A stretch of DNA of 45,506 bases. It comes from a virus. Lineage: Duplodnaviria; Heunggongvirae; Uroviricota; Caudoviricetes. The stretch is from the IMG/VR virus record IMGVR_UViG_2563366923_000008, positions 1 through 45,506 of that record; one strand, written 5' to 3'. Below, piece by piece: positions 34,746 to 44,420 of this stretch. Every line of letters begins with the position of its first letter. Positions within the stretch are counted from its first letter, which is position 1. The notes under the pieces were generated by a model. That model was not told where the DNA came from. It saw only the letters and a list, made by a program, of their open reading frames with translations, and made no database searches. Made by a program: the position numbers and the translations under genes.

Positions 34746-35024
34746 ATGGCTGAGATTGAACGCGTTAAAACCATTCCATTAACCGTAGCGCTGGATGATG
34801 CTGCGGAGAAGACCACTTATACGCAGCTGGAGCTGAAAGCACCCACGCTAAGCCAGGCTGAGCAGTTTTACGAGAAACAGGCTGCGTCAACGTCGCTCGC
34901 GGCGATGCGCCTGCTTATTGCGCTGGTTTCCGGTACGCGTGAAAGCGTACTGCAGCCGATGGATTTTCTCGACTTCCGTAAGTGTGAGGAGTATCTGCTC
35001 AGTTTTTTGACCTGGAAGCCCTGA
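34746..35024 (+). CDS. Tail assembly chaperone with predicted -1 frameshift extension to 35173
   Basis: Slippery heptamer T-TTT-TTG at 35003-35009 near the 3' end; the -1 frame stays open for 50 codons to TAA at 35171-35173, overlapping the tape-measure start. Confidence 0.6.
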   Translation: MAEIERVKTIPLTVALDDAAEKTTYTQLELKAPTLSQAEQFYEKQAASTSLAAMRLLIALVSGTRESVLQPMDFLDFRKCEEYLLSFLTWKP

Positions 35025-35165
35025 CAACCTGGCAGGAAATGGCCGCTGACGTCACCTTCTATTTCCGCTGGTCTGAGGACAGGGCGTGGGGAATGACCCG
35101 CGCCCGGCTGAAATGGTGGGTGGCGCAGGCATCCCGGATAAACAAGCTTAGGAAACCTGAAGACG

Positions 35166-37094
35166 ATGAGTAATTCTTTTGATTTTGAGCTGGTGGCCAG
35201 CGACCAGGTTAGCGAGGCTATAGACCGCATTAATGAGGCTGTCCGTGACCTGGAGCCGAAGCTAGATAAAACTAAAGAAGGGCTCAAGTTAGGCGGTCAG
35301 GAAACAGCCGACGGACTGAGCGGTTTTATTTCTCGCCTCGAGAATATGTCGAAGAGCGCGCGGGATAACGTGCAGTTTATTGGCGACATGGTTCCCCCAC
35401 TGAAAATGGTGGGGGAGCTCACGGGGAAGATGGGGGCGCTGGGGTTAGCCGGTGCTGCCGGCTACGGACTGAAACAGGTCGCTTATGGATTTCGGGAGGC
35501 ATCCCGTCAGGCCTATAATCTTGATGTCTCGGCAAAAAATGCGGGAATGCGCGTTGACGATTTTACCCGACTTTCCGGGGCAATGCGTATTCTTGGGGCA
35601 GACAGCGAGAGCGCTAATGCATCAATAGAAGGTATTTTCAAAGCATTCAATGAGGCTGCCAGTGGTAAAAACGAGGGGGTTATGGCAGCGATGGCGCAAA
35701 TTGGTGCTCAAATCCAAAAAAACAGCGATGGTTCAGTAAATACCCTTAAAACACTGGAGTCTATCGCAAAAATTTTTCCAACCTTGCGACCTGAACAGCA
35801 GAAGTCCGCCGCTGATGCACTTGGGCTGACGCCCGAATTGCTGGCGCTAATGCGTGACGGTGAGCGCATGAAAAAGCTGCTGGCGAAATCGGATGAATTT
35901 GGTCTGACTGTGGATCCGGCACTAAATCAGCAATTGAGTGAAGTGAACGGCACTATGAATGAGCTCAGCGCATCCTGGGATGGTCTGTGGCAACGTTCAA
36001 AAAACAAGGCACTTAAGACCATTCTTTCGGATGGTTCAGTCAAAGACGGCCTTGAAGGTGTTACCGATCTGTTCACTAATGGTGATTTTACTGGGCTGTC
36101 TCATGCTCTCGGTTTTATCAACAGCAATGATGCTGAGAAACTACGGCGCATTCAGAACGATAAGGAACTTTATAACAGCTTACCCCGCAGTGAACGTGGG
36201 CAGGTTGACGCGGGTTTCATGACTGATGCTGTAAGAAAGCGGTACGATGCGAATTACCGCGCGACCGATTCTGCGATTCAATTGCAGAATGACTTATCCG
36301 CTATCAGCCAGCCACAATCCAACGTTGCACGCGGCAATGTTCCTTACGGGGAAACAAGGAATAACGCAATTGGCTTCAGAAATAATAATCCCGGTAATTT
36401 GAGGGTTGCAGCAAACGCAACGGGTAAAAATGGCGGATTTTCTACCTTTGCGAATGATGCCGACGGAAGAACTGCAATGGCGAGACAGCTGATGTTGTAT
36501 GGTGACAGGGGGAATAATACTCTGGATGGGATTATTCATACCTATGCTCCGCAATCAGAGAATAATACTCGTGCATATATTGACTCCGTCTCAAAAGCCA
36601 CTGGATATGGAGCCAAAGAGCAAGTAAATCTGCACGATCCGGAAACATTAAAAACGATAATGGCAGCCATGATTAAACATGAGAATGGCGCACAACCTTA
36701 TACTGAGGAACAACTGCTAAACGCCATCCAGACCGCCATTACTGATGATCGGTGGTCAGGGAAGAGAAATCCGGATGTGCTGGCCCAGCAGCGGTATGAC
36801 ATTATCTCAGGTTCGCAAACTGGAAATCGTGACTCCAGCACTCTTAGTAACCCGAGTGATGAAACTGATATTCTCTCAGGCTCGCAGAACAGAAATCGGG
36901 AATCCATCATTCTGAGTGATACGGGTAAGAAAAGTGATGAAAGTGTACTCGGCGACAATCTGGCTAAGTCTCTTAAAGAGGCAATGTCAGAACAACCACT
37001 TAAGCTCGAAATCACAATGGTTAATGATAAGGGTGAGCGAAAAACCTATAATGCGGAAAATAATGGCAGAATAACAACGGCCATGAATTACTGA
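35166..37094 (+). CDS. Tail tape measure protein
   Basis: 642 aa, helical and Ala/Gly-rich, downstream of the frameshifted chaperone; C-terminal repeats (ISGSQTGNRDSS / LSGSQNRNRESI). Confidence 0.7.
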   Translation: MSNSFDFELVASDQVSEAIDRINEAVRDLEPKLDKTKEGLKLGGQETADGLSGFISRLENMSKSARDNVQFIGDMVPPLKMVGELTGKMGALGLAGAAGYGLKQVAYGFREASRQAYNLDVSAKNAGMRVDDFTRLSGAMRILGADSESANASIEGIFKAFNEAASGKNEGVMAAMAQIGAQIQKNSDGSVNTLKTLESIAKIFPTLRPEQQKSAADALGLTPELLALMRDGERMKKLLAKSDEFGLTVDPALNQQLSEVNGTMNELSASWDGLWQRSKNKALKTILSDGSVKDGLEGVTDLFTNGDFTGLSHALGFINSNDAEKLRRIQNDKELYNSLPRSERGQVDAGFMTDAVRKRYDANYRATDSAIQLQNDLSAISQPQSNVARGNVPYGETRNNAIGFRNNNPGNLRVAANATGKNGGFSTFANDADGRTAMARQLMLYGDRGNNTLDGIIHTYAPQSENNTRAYIDSVSKATGYGAKEQVNLHDPETLKTIMAAMIKHENGAQPYTEEQLLNAIQTAITDDRWSGKRNPDVLAQQRYDIISGSQTGNRDSSTLSNPSDETDILSGSQNRNRESIILSDTGKKSDESVLGDNLAKSLKEAMSEQPLKLEITMVNDKGERKTYNAENNGRITTAMNY

Positions 37095-37227
37095 TCACTG
37101 TCGTCATTTCGTTAAGGAAGAAGTTATGAATGAAAAAGTTTTTGGAGCAAAAGCCATTTAGACTCCAAAGGTTTTTGCGCTTGTTTACCTGGTAATTGGC
37201 ATTTTCCTCGTTTTTTCTGTTGTCTCA

Positions 37228-37374
37228 ATGAATTTCACGGCGATTACGATATCGGTGGTAAGTGCATTGCTTTTACGTGTGCTTTATGAGTTCCTAATGA
37301 ACTCATTCAAGGCGACTGAGCATCTTTACAGGATCGCCGAATCTCTTGACCGTAATGGATCCAGCGATAAATAG
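37228..37374 (+). CDS. Possible small membrane protein (48 aa) inserted between tape-measure and baseplate genes
   Basis: MNFTAITISVVSALLLRVLYEFLMNSFKATEHLYRIAESLDRNGSSDK; AT-rich; followed by a strong terminator; no clear SD. Confidence 0.25.
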   Translation: MNFTAITISVVSALLLRVLYEFLMNSFKATEHLYRIAESLDRNGSSDK

Positions 37375-37397
37375 ATAAGTCATTTCAGTGCATATGT

Positions 37398-37423
37398 AAA
37401 CCGCCGACATGGCGGTTTTTTTA
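37398..37423 (+). terminator. Rho-independent terminator inside the tail operon
   Basis: AAACCGCC-gacat-GGCGGTTT followed by TTTTTTT. Confidence 0.55.
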
Positions 37424-37437
37424 TTTCCGGAGGCGTG

Positions 37438-38841
37438 ATGCCGTCAATTATCCAGGACGCAATAACTTCTCTTTTGGGGGGAGATACCAGCGATGACTGG
37501 CAGGGGCAGTTACGGCCCAGCTCATTCAGAGGTGTGCCATTTGCAATTGTTGCTGAGGAAGGGAGCCACGGCCGACGCCAGGCGGTACATGAATATCCCT
37601 ACCGTGATACAGCCTGGATAGAGGATATCGGGCGGGCAACACGGCGATTTGTTATTCGCGGTTTCTTGATCCAGAACAGCCAGGTTTACGGCGGCGGCGA
37701 TGCTATCACGCAGCGCCAGTCACTGATTGAAGCCTGTGAACAAAAAGGTAGCGGTACGCTTGTCCATCCGACACTGGGCGAATTAACGGTTTCCATCCCT
37801 GAGAATGGTTTGCGTATTTCCGGTTCGATGGAGAACGGGCGAGTATTTGAATTTACCCTGATGGCAATTGAATCAGGGCTTAAAGTGTTTGCTGTCACGG
37901 GCAGTACCGTTGCAGGCGCCACGGTGAAAACCAACTATCTGAAACTGGTCAGCACTGCTGTGCTGAGCACGATTGCCAGAGTTAAGAGTGAAATCCGCGG
38001 TGTCACACAGGCTATAAACACCATCAGAGGCACGGTCACGTTCTGGACTAACATGGTTGACAGCACCATCAGTCAGGTCACGAATCTCAGCAATGTCCTG
38101 AACTCCACGTTCGGGAATACCCGGTACGGACGTTACAGTAAAGGCTCTGTGGGCGGTAGTTCCTCTGCTGTTGCTGGCAAATCGTCAGTTGCTGATGTGG
38201 ATGATGAGAGAGCACTGGCTGACAAGGTAACAGCCCAGTCGGTAATGGACCGGAAAAATGTTACCGACAGGTCGAGCCAGCTTAGCAGCTCCAACACACC
38301 TGATGAGTTTGTCCAGGGCGTCGCCGACGTGGTAAACGCAATTCTTAACAGCGCCGGCAGCGTTAATGACCGAATCACAGCGCTGGAAAAACTGGCTAAT
38401 TCAATCAGCACGGAGTACCAGCAGTCCGACAGCAGCAAAGCGATTTCGGCGACCATGAACACGCTGATTGTTGTGCTATGTACTGGTGCCATGACCAGTG
38501 CCGCTGCGGACTCCAGACCAGCCAGTACAGACGAGGCAGAAGAGTTAACTCAACGAGTTTCTGTGCAACTTGATACGGCGCTGGTTCTGGCTGGAGACCG
38601 CGCAGACGATGATATGTATAACGCGCTTCTCGCCGTCAGATCGGCATTCCTTTCTACGATGAGTGAGCGTGCTTCTGGTCTGAGCGAGCTTCTGCAGGTT
38701 ACTACCGCTCAGCCGCTTCCGGCGCTGACGCTGGCAAACCGATTATACCAGGATGCCACCCGTGCAGATGAACTGGTACAGGAAGCGCGCGTACCGCATC
38801 CGGCGTTTATGCCGACAACCATGAAGGTACTGAGGCAATGA
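37438..38841 (+). CDS. Mu gpN-like DNA circulation protein
   Basis: 468 aa; ATG at 37438 with GGAGG SD (track start 37435 is GTG); position after the tape measure in a Mu-like tail module. Confidence 0.65.
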   Translation: MPSIIQDAITSLLGGDTSDDWQGQLRPSSFRGVPFAIVAEEGSHGRRQAVHEYPYRDTAWIEDIGRATRRFVIRGFLIQNSQVYGGGDAITQRQSLIEACEQKGSGTLVHPTLGELTVSIPENGLRISGSMENGRVFEFTLMAIESGLKVFAVTGSTVAGATVKTNYLKLVSTAVLSTIARVKSEIRGVTQAINTIRGTVTFWTNMVDSTISQVTNLSNVLNSTFGNTRYGRYSKGSVGGSSSAVAGKSSVADVDDERALADKVTAQSVMDRKNVTDRSSQLSSSNTPDEFVQGVADVVNAILNSAGSVNDRITALEKLANSISTEYQQSDSSKAISATMNTLIVVLCTGAMTSAAADSRPASTDEAEELTQRVSVQLDTALVLAGDRADDDMYNALLAVRSAFLSTMSERASGLSELLQVTTAQPLPALTLANRLYQDATRADELVQEARVPHPAFMPTTMKVLRQ

Positions 38842-39923
38842 ATGCAGACAGCGATCTGGATGTTGTTTCTTTGACGGTCGACGGCAAAATCATCGAGGGG
38901 TGGGATTCTGTCCGGGTAACGCGGGGTATTGAGCGTTTTCCCTCTGATTTCGATCTTGGGCTAATGGATTACTTCCCTGGCAACGAAGATCGTCAACTCG
39001 TTGAAGAGGGAATGTCTTGTGAAGTTCGTATCGGAGATGATCTGACACTGACGGGATATGTTGATGACTGGGAACCCGCACTATCGCGCTCCCGCCATGA
39101 GGTCCGCGCCACGGGCAGGAGCAAATGTCAGGACCTGGTGGATTGCTCAGCCGAGTGGCCTAACAACGTCATCAATGCCAGTAATGCGCTTGAAATTGCT
39201 TCTCGCCTGGCATCCTACTACGGCATCACCGTAACCACGGATGTTGATGAACTTGTGAAGGTACCCCAGTTCACTCTGAACTGGGGTGAGTCTCCGCAAG
39301 AAGTCATCGATCGGGTGGCCAGATGGTCTGCTCTGCTTTACTACGATCAGCCCGATGGAAACCTGTTACTGACCCGGGTGGGAACACGTCGTGCGGCAAG
39401 TGGGATAGCCGAAGGGGTAAATGTCGAGCAGGCATACTACCGCAAATCGATGGCTGACAGGTTTTCAGATTATGTCGGTGTATCAATGAGCGTTTCTCCA
39501 ATTGCAGGGTATTCGCCTGATACGGCCTATGACGCTGTGACTCTGGCAACGGCGAGAGATCCGGAGGCCGCCCGCATGCGGTACCGAAAACATATATCGA
39601 TTGTGGAAAGTACCCTGATGGCTACTCAACAGGCACAAAGTGCGATCGACTGGGAAATGAACCGGCGGTACGGACGTTCAAAACAGCTCTCGGTAACCAT
39701 CGATTCCTGGCGGGATAAAGACGGGAAACTGTGGGAACCAAACACATTGATCCCCGTTGATCTTCCCACCTTACGGTTGCCGAAGACTGAATTGCTACTG
39801 GCAGAAGTCACCTATATGCGCGATGACTACGGCACCCATGCACGCATGACGCTGATGCCGCCTGAAGCATTCTCCGTTCAGCCATATGCCTTCTACCAGA
39901 ACCTGGCGGGATTCAATACATGA
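38838..39923 (+). CDS. Baseplate hub protein (Mu gpP / gpD-like)
   Basis: 361 aa; ATGA overlap; positional and size match. Confidence 0.6.
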   Translation: MNADSDLDVVSLTVDGKIIEGWDSVRVTRGIERFPSDFDLGLMDYFPGNEDRQLVEEGMSCEVRIGDDLTLTGYVDDWEPALSRSRHEVRATGRSKCQDLVDCSAEWPNNVINASNALEIASRLASYYGITVTTDVDELVKVPQFTLNWGESPQEVIDRVARWSALLYYDQPDGNLLLTRVGTRRAASGIAEGVNVEQAYYRKSMADRFSDYVGVSMSVSPIAGYSPDTAYDAVTLATARDPEAARMRYRKHISIVESTLMATQQAQSAIDWEMNRRYGRSKQLSVTIDSWRDKDGKLWEPNTLIPVDLPTLRLPKTELLLAEVTYMRDDYGTHARMTLMPPEAFSVQPYAFYQNLAGFNT

Positions 39924-40504
39924 AGCAACTATTTAAACATGCAGCGACCAGGATCGCCGGCATGCTGGGGATTGGCCGGATCACGGCTATGAAAGATGGT
40001 GGGGTGGTGCAGTCTATCCAGTACCAGACTCCGCTGGAGGTGGCCAGCGCTCCGCGGATGGCAGAATTTGGCTTTTCATCCGGCCTGCCGTCAGGGACTG
40101 ACGTGGTTCTGGCTTTTATTGGCGGTGATCGTTCCAGCGCGGTGGTAATTGCGTCCAACCATCAGGGGTTCCGTCATACAGGCCTGAAAGCGGGCGAAAC
40201 GGTCATGTATAACCAGTGGGGCCTTAATATTCTCCTGACGGAGAAGGGGATCTTCCTGGATGCAAAGGGCCAGAATGTTGAGGTCAATAACGCCACTAAC
40301 GTGACCATCAATGCCAGCCAGGGGATCCTTGCAAATACCCCGATCCTGAGGTGCACGGGTGACATTGTTGATAACTGTGAAACCAATACCCGAACACTGA
40401 AAGAGCTGCGGGATGCACATAATGACCATGATCATGTGGTTAAAAATGCCCAGAGTGGCAATGACAATATCCGCAGCCAAAAAACAGAGGATCAGGTGAC
40501 ATGA
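39920..40504 (+). CDS. Baseplate assembly/spike protein (gpV-like)
   Basis: 194 aa; positional call. Confidence 0.6.
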   Translation: MKQLFKHAATRIAGMLGIGRITAMKDGGVVQSIQYQTPLEVASAPRMAEFGFSSGLPSGTDVVLAFIGGDRSSAVVIASNHQGFRHTGLKAGETVMYNQWGLNILLTEKGIFLDAKGQNVEVNNATNVTINASQGILANTPILRCTGDIVDNCETNTRTLKELRDAHNDHDHVVKNAQSGNDNIRSQKTEDQVT

Positions 40505-40938
40505 GTGACATCGCTTCATTCTGGAATGTGGATGAGATGTTTGCTGACTGGCAGAAAGGGCTGGGTGAACTCACCACGGGGAACGATTTACAGACTGCAA
40601 TACTGGACAGCCTGTTTACCGACAGGCTGGCGCGCGCTGACGATGATTATGAGGATAGCGATCGCCGCGGCTGGTGGGGGGATTCCGGGGAGGAATCCCA
40701 ACTGGGATCCCGGCTGTGGCTGCTACGGCGGAAAAAACTGACCCCGGATGTAGCAAAAAAAGCGGAGGAATACTCGAGTGAAGCGCTCAACTGGTTAAAG
40801 GTTGATGGCGTTGTCAGCGAGGTTATTCCTGTTGCAAGGATCGTCCTGCCTGACCGGCTCAATCTCATTATCCGCTATCAGGCACCGGGGAAGGACTGGC
40901 AGGAATTCAGGTTTTACTGGATATGGGAGCAACGTTAA
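40501..40938 (+). CDS. Baseplate protein (gp25/GPW-like)
   Basis: 145 aa; positional call. Confidence 0.55.
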   Translation: MSDIASFWNVDEMFADWQKGLGELTTGNDLQTAILDSLFTDRLARADDDYEDSDRRGWWGDSGEESQLGSRLWLLRRKKLTPDVAKKAEEYSSEALNWLKVDGVVSEVIPVARIVLPDRLNLIIRYQAPGKDWQEFRFYWIWEQR

Positions 40939-40939
40939 T

Positions 40940-42082
40940 ATGCCGTTTAAACGACCGACGCTGAGCGAACTCCGCGACGGAAACCGGAAATTTATGCAGG
41001 CGGAGCTTGAGGATGTTGGTGCGCTCCTGCGCTTCGCGAACCTGAAGGTACTGGCTGACATGGATGCGGGGATGGGGCATCTGCATTACGCCTACCTTGA
41101 CTATATTGCCCTGCAGACAAACCCGTTTACCTCTACCGATGAGTATCTCGCCGGGTGGATGGCCCTTAAGCAGGTATTCAGAAAACCAGCTGCAGCGGCG
41201 AAGTCGCCTGCGGTACAGGCTAGTGGCAGTGTTGACTGTATTATCCCTGTTGGCTCGATCATTAACCGCGGGGACGGATACCAGTACCGGACGGATGCAG
41301 ATCTTAAAATTCAGGCAGATGGATTTGGTATCGTCGCGGTGACGGCCATACTGCCGGATATTACCAGTGATGTAACGGGTGGAGGCGCGCGCGGTAACGC
41401 TGATGCCGGGACCATAATGACCCTGGACGCGAATATTGCTGGCGTGGATCCACAGGTAACGTTACTGTCCGCTGCGACCGGCGGAGCCGATATTGAAACG
41501 GAAGAGGATTTTCGCAGTCGTGGCTTGCTGGCATGGCAGAATCCGCCTCAGGGTGGAAGCGACGCCGATTATAAAAAATGGGCGCTTGAGGTTTCGGGCG
41601 TCACCCGCGCGTGGGTAAAGCGGCGTCTGAACGGGGCCGGGACCGTTGGCGTGTATATCATGTGTGATCGGAATGACAATGGTGGGTTTCCGGTCGGTAC
41701 CGACGGAATATCCCAACTTGAGGACTGGGGGGCTGTTAAAGCCACCGGAGACCAGCTCGCTGTCGCCGACCACATCTATCCGCAGCAGACAGACACTGCC
41801 ATTGTTTTCGTATGTTCCCCGATCAAGAAAGTCATCAATATTGAAATCTCTGGGATCAAAAATGCCGACAGCACCACAGTTCAGGGGATAAAAGACGCGC
41901 TGACGGCGCTGTTTTTTGATGAAGCTAACCCTGATGGTTCCGGGAAAGTTTACCTCTCTGATATTAACGGGAGTATCGGCGGTGTTAGCGGCACGACGGG
42001 CTATATTCTTAACTCTCCGACGGCCAATATCACCTTTGCTGTTGGCGAAATTCCGGTGCTTGGCGGGGTGAATTTTGTATGA
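40940..42082 (+). CDS. Baseplate J-like protein
   Basis: 380 aa; ATG at 40940 directly after the upstream TAA; size and position fit baseplate J. Confidence 0.7.
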   Translation: MPFKRPTLSELRDGNRKFMQAELEDVGALLRFANLKVLADMDAGMGHLHYAYLDYIALQTNPFTSTDEYLAGWMALKQVFRKPAAAAKSPAVQASGSVDCIIPVGSIINRGDGYQYRTDADLKIQADGFGIVAVTAILPDITSDVTGGGARGNADAGTIMTLDANIAGVDPQVTLLSAATGGADIETEEDFRSRGLLAWQNPPQGGSDADYKKWALEVSGVTRAWVKRRLNGAGTVGVYIMCDRNDNGGFPVGTDGISQLEDWGAVKATGDQLAVADHIYPQQTDTAIVFVCSPIKKVINIEISGIKNADSTTVQGIKDALTALFFDEANPDGSGKVYLSDINGSIGGVSGTTGYILNSPTANITFAVGEIPVLGGVNFV

Positions 42083-42672
42083 GCCTCTTTTCAAAAAATG
42101 ATTATGCCGGTGCGCTTGGTGCGCTGCTACCGACGGGCAGGGCGTGGCCCCGGTCGCAAAGAACGGTACAGGCTGCGGTATTACGGGCACTGGGCAGCGC
42201 GTTTCAGCGTTCTGACAACGATGCGCAAAGCCTGATTACTGGTGCTTTTCCCCCTACAGCGACGGTAATGTTGTCAGAATGGGAAAGCTCTCTGGGGTTA
42301 CCAGATGATTGTGCGATTGGTGAATCCGGTGGCGTCAGCGATCGCCAGCGCGCCGTGGTGGCAAAGTTAATCAGCACCGGCGGCCTGAACCGCGATTATT
42401 ACATCCGGGTGGCTGCAGCTCTTGGTTATACCATCACTATCACACAGTTCCGGCCCGCTATGAGTGGCATGTCAGTATGCGGTGATGCGCTTAACGGTGA
42501 CGAGTGGCCATTTACCTGGCGGATAAATGCGCCACAAACAACGATCAAGTATTCGCTTGCTGGCGCGTCCTACTGCGGAGATCCGCTCGCATCGTGGGGC
42601 AATAAACAACTGGAGTGTTCAATCAACAAAATTGCCCCATCCCATCTGAACATCATTTTCAATTATTCATAA
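42079..42672 (+). CDS. Tail protein (Mu gp48-like)
   Basis: 197 aa; ATGA overlap with J. Confidence 0.55.
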   Translation: MSLFSKNDYAGALGALLPTGRAWPRSQRTVQAAVLRALGSAFQRSDNDAQSLITGAFPPTATVMLSEWESSLGLPDDCAIGESGGVSDRQRAVVAKLISTGGLNRDYYIRVAAALGYTITITQFRPAMSGMSVCGDALNGDEWPFTWRINAPQTTIKYSLAGASYCGDPLASWGNKQLECSINKIAPSHLNIIFNYS

Positions 42673-42723
42673 CTGATATTTCCCCCTCTGATTTTATCGC
42701 TTAACACTAAGTGAGGATTAACT

Positions 42724-43398
42724 ATGCTCCGAATCGGGCAAGTCGAAGCCACTGCAACGCAGGATGGCAAATATACTGATGGAAGTGTTGCTGGTGGTAT
42801 TGCCGCAACGAGGCTGCGGGCAGCAGCGTTTAATGCCATGCAGGAAGAGTTAGCGCATATCGTAGAGTCAGCAGGATTGGCGCTCGACATTAACGATATG
42901 ACTCAGGTTTTAAAAGCCATTCAAAAACTCACACTGAGCCGTGCAAACCCATTTGCCGATATCAAATCAGATGGTGCAGCGGCGATTTCTACGGCTCTCA
43001 CAAACCTTGGTTTGGGAGAAGCGGCAACGAGGAACGTCGGAACGGGTACCGGCCAAGTACCAGATATGAGCAGTTTTACAACGGGGCACTCTGGAGCAGC
43101 AGACTGGCCGATTCCTAAATCTGGATGGAGTAAGGGGCCGGATGGGGTAATTACACAATGGGGTACTTTCGGTTTCCCCGTTGGACAGACAGGGACGAAT
43201 GTTGTTTTCCCGCTACCTTTCCCCGCGCGGGTCGAATCAATTACACTGACAATGGCAGATATCCAGGAGTCTCTGCTTTCTCCAGCAACCATGCCTGCTT
43301 ATGGAGTTAACTCAACTGGTACTTCAAGAACGGGTTTTACAGCCCGTATGTCAGGCGCCGGTGGGTTTAATCTTTGCTATATAGCGAAAGGGAGATAA
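42724..43398 (+). CDS. Tail fibre protein (constant N-terminus plus variable C-terminus, currently expressed orientation)
   Basis: N-terminal MLRIGQVEATATQDGKYTDGSVAGGIAATRLRAAAFNAMQEE typical of fibre N-termini; inversion crossover site inside the gene at about codon 95. Confidence 0.7.
   Translation: MLRIGQVEATATQDGKYTDGSVAGGIAATRLRAAAFNAMQEELAHIVESAGLALDINDMTQVLKAIQKLTLSRANPFADIKSDGAAAISTALTNLGLGEAATRNVGTGTGQVPDMSSFTTGHSGAADWPIPKSGWSKGPDGVITQWGTFGFPVGQTGTNVVFPLPFPARVESITLTMADIQESLLSPATMPAYGVNSTGTSRTGFTARMSGAGGFNLCYIAKGR
42995..43020. promoter_or_regulatory. Left gix/hix-like inversion crossover site
   Basis: CTCTCACAAACC-TT-GGTTTGGGAGAA; shares the half-site GGTTTGGGAGAA with the inverted copy at 44873-44898. 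Confidence 0.6.
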
Positions 43399-43402
43399 CA
43401 GA

Positions 43403-43846
43403 ATGAATAAAGTTAAAAGTGTTTACAGCCCGTCCGAAAATGCAATCTACAACGCAGCGCTATATGAAAGTTATATCAAGGAGGGGACATGGCCGCAGGA
43501 TGGTATTGAAATCAGCGATGAGGATGCTGTCAGATTTAATGGGGGAAATAAGCCAACAGGAAAAATGCTGGGAATGGTTTCAGGGACCCTTGCATGGGTT
43601 GATGAGCCGCCGCTTTCACCAGAACAGAAAATATCAGATGCAGAAAACATGAAAGCCACATTTCGTGCAAAAGCTGACAGTGAAATATCCTGGCGTCAGG
43701 ATGCTGTTGATGCTGGTATCGCAACTGATGAAGAAACTTCAACTCTCACCCAATGGAAGAAATACCGTGTGCTGCTGATGCGTGTTGATACGTCAACAGC
43801 ACCCGATATTGAATGGCCTACGCCTCCGGCAGCTCAGGCCAGATGA
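43403..43846 (+). CDS. Tail fibre assembly protein (Tfa)
   Basis: 147 aa; C-terminal ...TSTAPDIEWPTPP motif shared with the opposite-strand Tfa'. Confidence 0.7.
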   Translation: MNKVKSVYSPSENAIYNAALYESYIKEGTWPQDGIEISDEDAVRFNGGNKPTGKMLGMVSGTLAWVDEPPLSPEQKISDAENMKATFRAKADSEISWRQDAVDAGIATDEETSTLTQWKKYRVLLMRVDTSTAPDIEWPTPPAAQAR

Positions 43847-44420
43847 CATCAGGCGCGGTGCTGGTATCTGTTGCCGTCACCGCGTCAATGTAATCCAGCA
43901 CGACGTTAAGTCGGGTTGTTTCTGCCTGCGTCAGTTTCCGCCCGGCCTGTAATTTCAGCTGAATCAGACTAATGGAAGCCATTGCTGCATCAATCAGTGA
44001 CTGGCGCTGTGCTTCTGCCGCGTCTACTGCGGCACTGTGTTGTGCCTCAGTGTCTGTCACCCATTTCTCACCATCCCATTTATCGTATGGCGTTAACGGG
44101 GCGATAGTGGTTGTATTTTCGGGGTAATCACCCAGAGCTGTGATTTCTTTGGCGTCTCCCGTTTCGGTGTTATAGACGATTTCACCGCGATGGTCTGGCA
44201 CATATTCCCATGAGTTTAAATCTGCCGAACGGCAGATTGCATAACCAGCCTTATGTATACCAGGTTCATCCAGACAGGAATATGCCGGGATACCAACACC
44301 AACGGCAAGATATTCATTTGAAGTGGAAATATATTCCCGAGTTTCACCATCATAGCTATAGACGGTAATATCCCCCGCCTTCGTGGCAATAAGCTCGCTA
44401 TTTAATACAGCGTTATCCAT
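43818..44420 (-). CDS. Alternative tail fibre assembly protein (Tfa'), inverted orientation
   Basis: 200 aa; C-terminal ...TSTAPDVIWPELPEA; convergent with and overlapping Tfa. Confidence 0.65.
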   Translation of the reverse strand: MDNAVLNSELIATKAGDITVYSYDGETREYISTSNEYLAVGVGIPAYSCLDEPGIHKAGYAICRSADLNSWEYVPDHRGEIVYNTETGDAKEITALGDYPENTTTIAPLTPYDKWDGEKWVTDTEAQHSAAVDAAEAQRQSLIDAAMASISLIQLKLQAGRKLTQAETTRLNVVLDYIDAVTATDTSTAPDVIWPELPEA

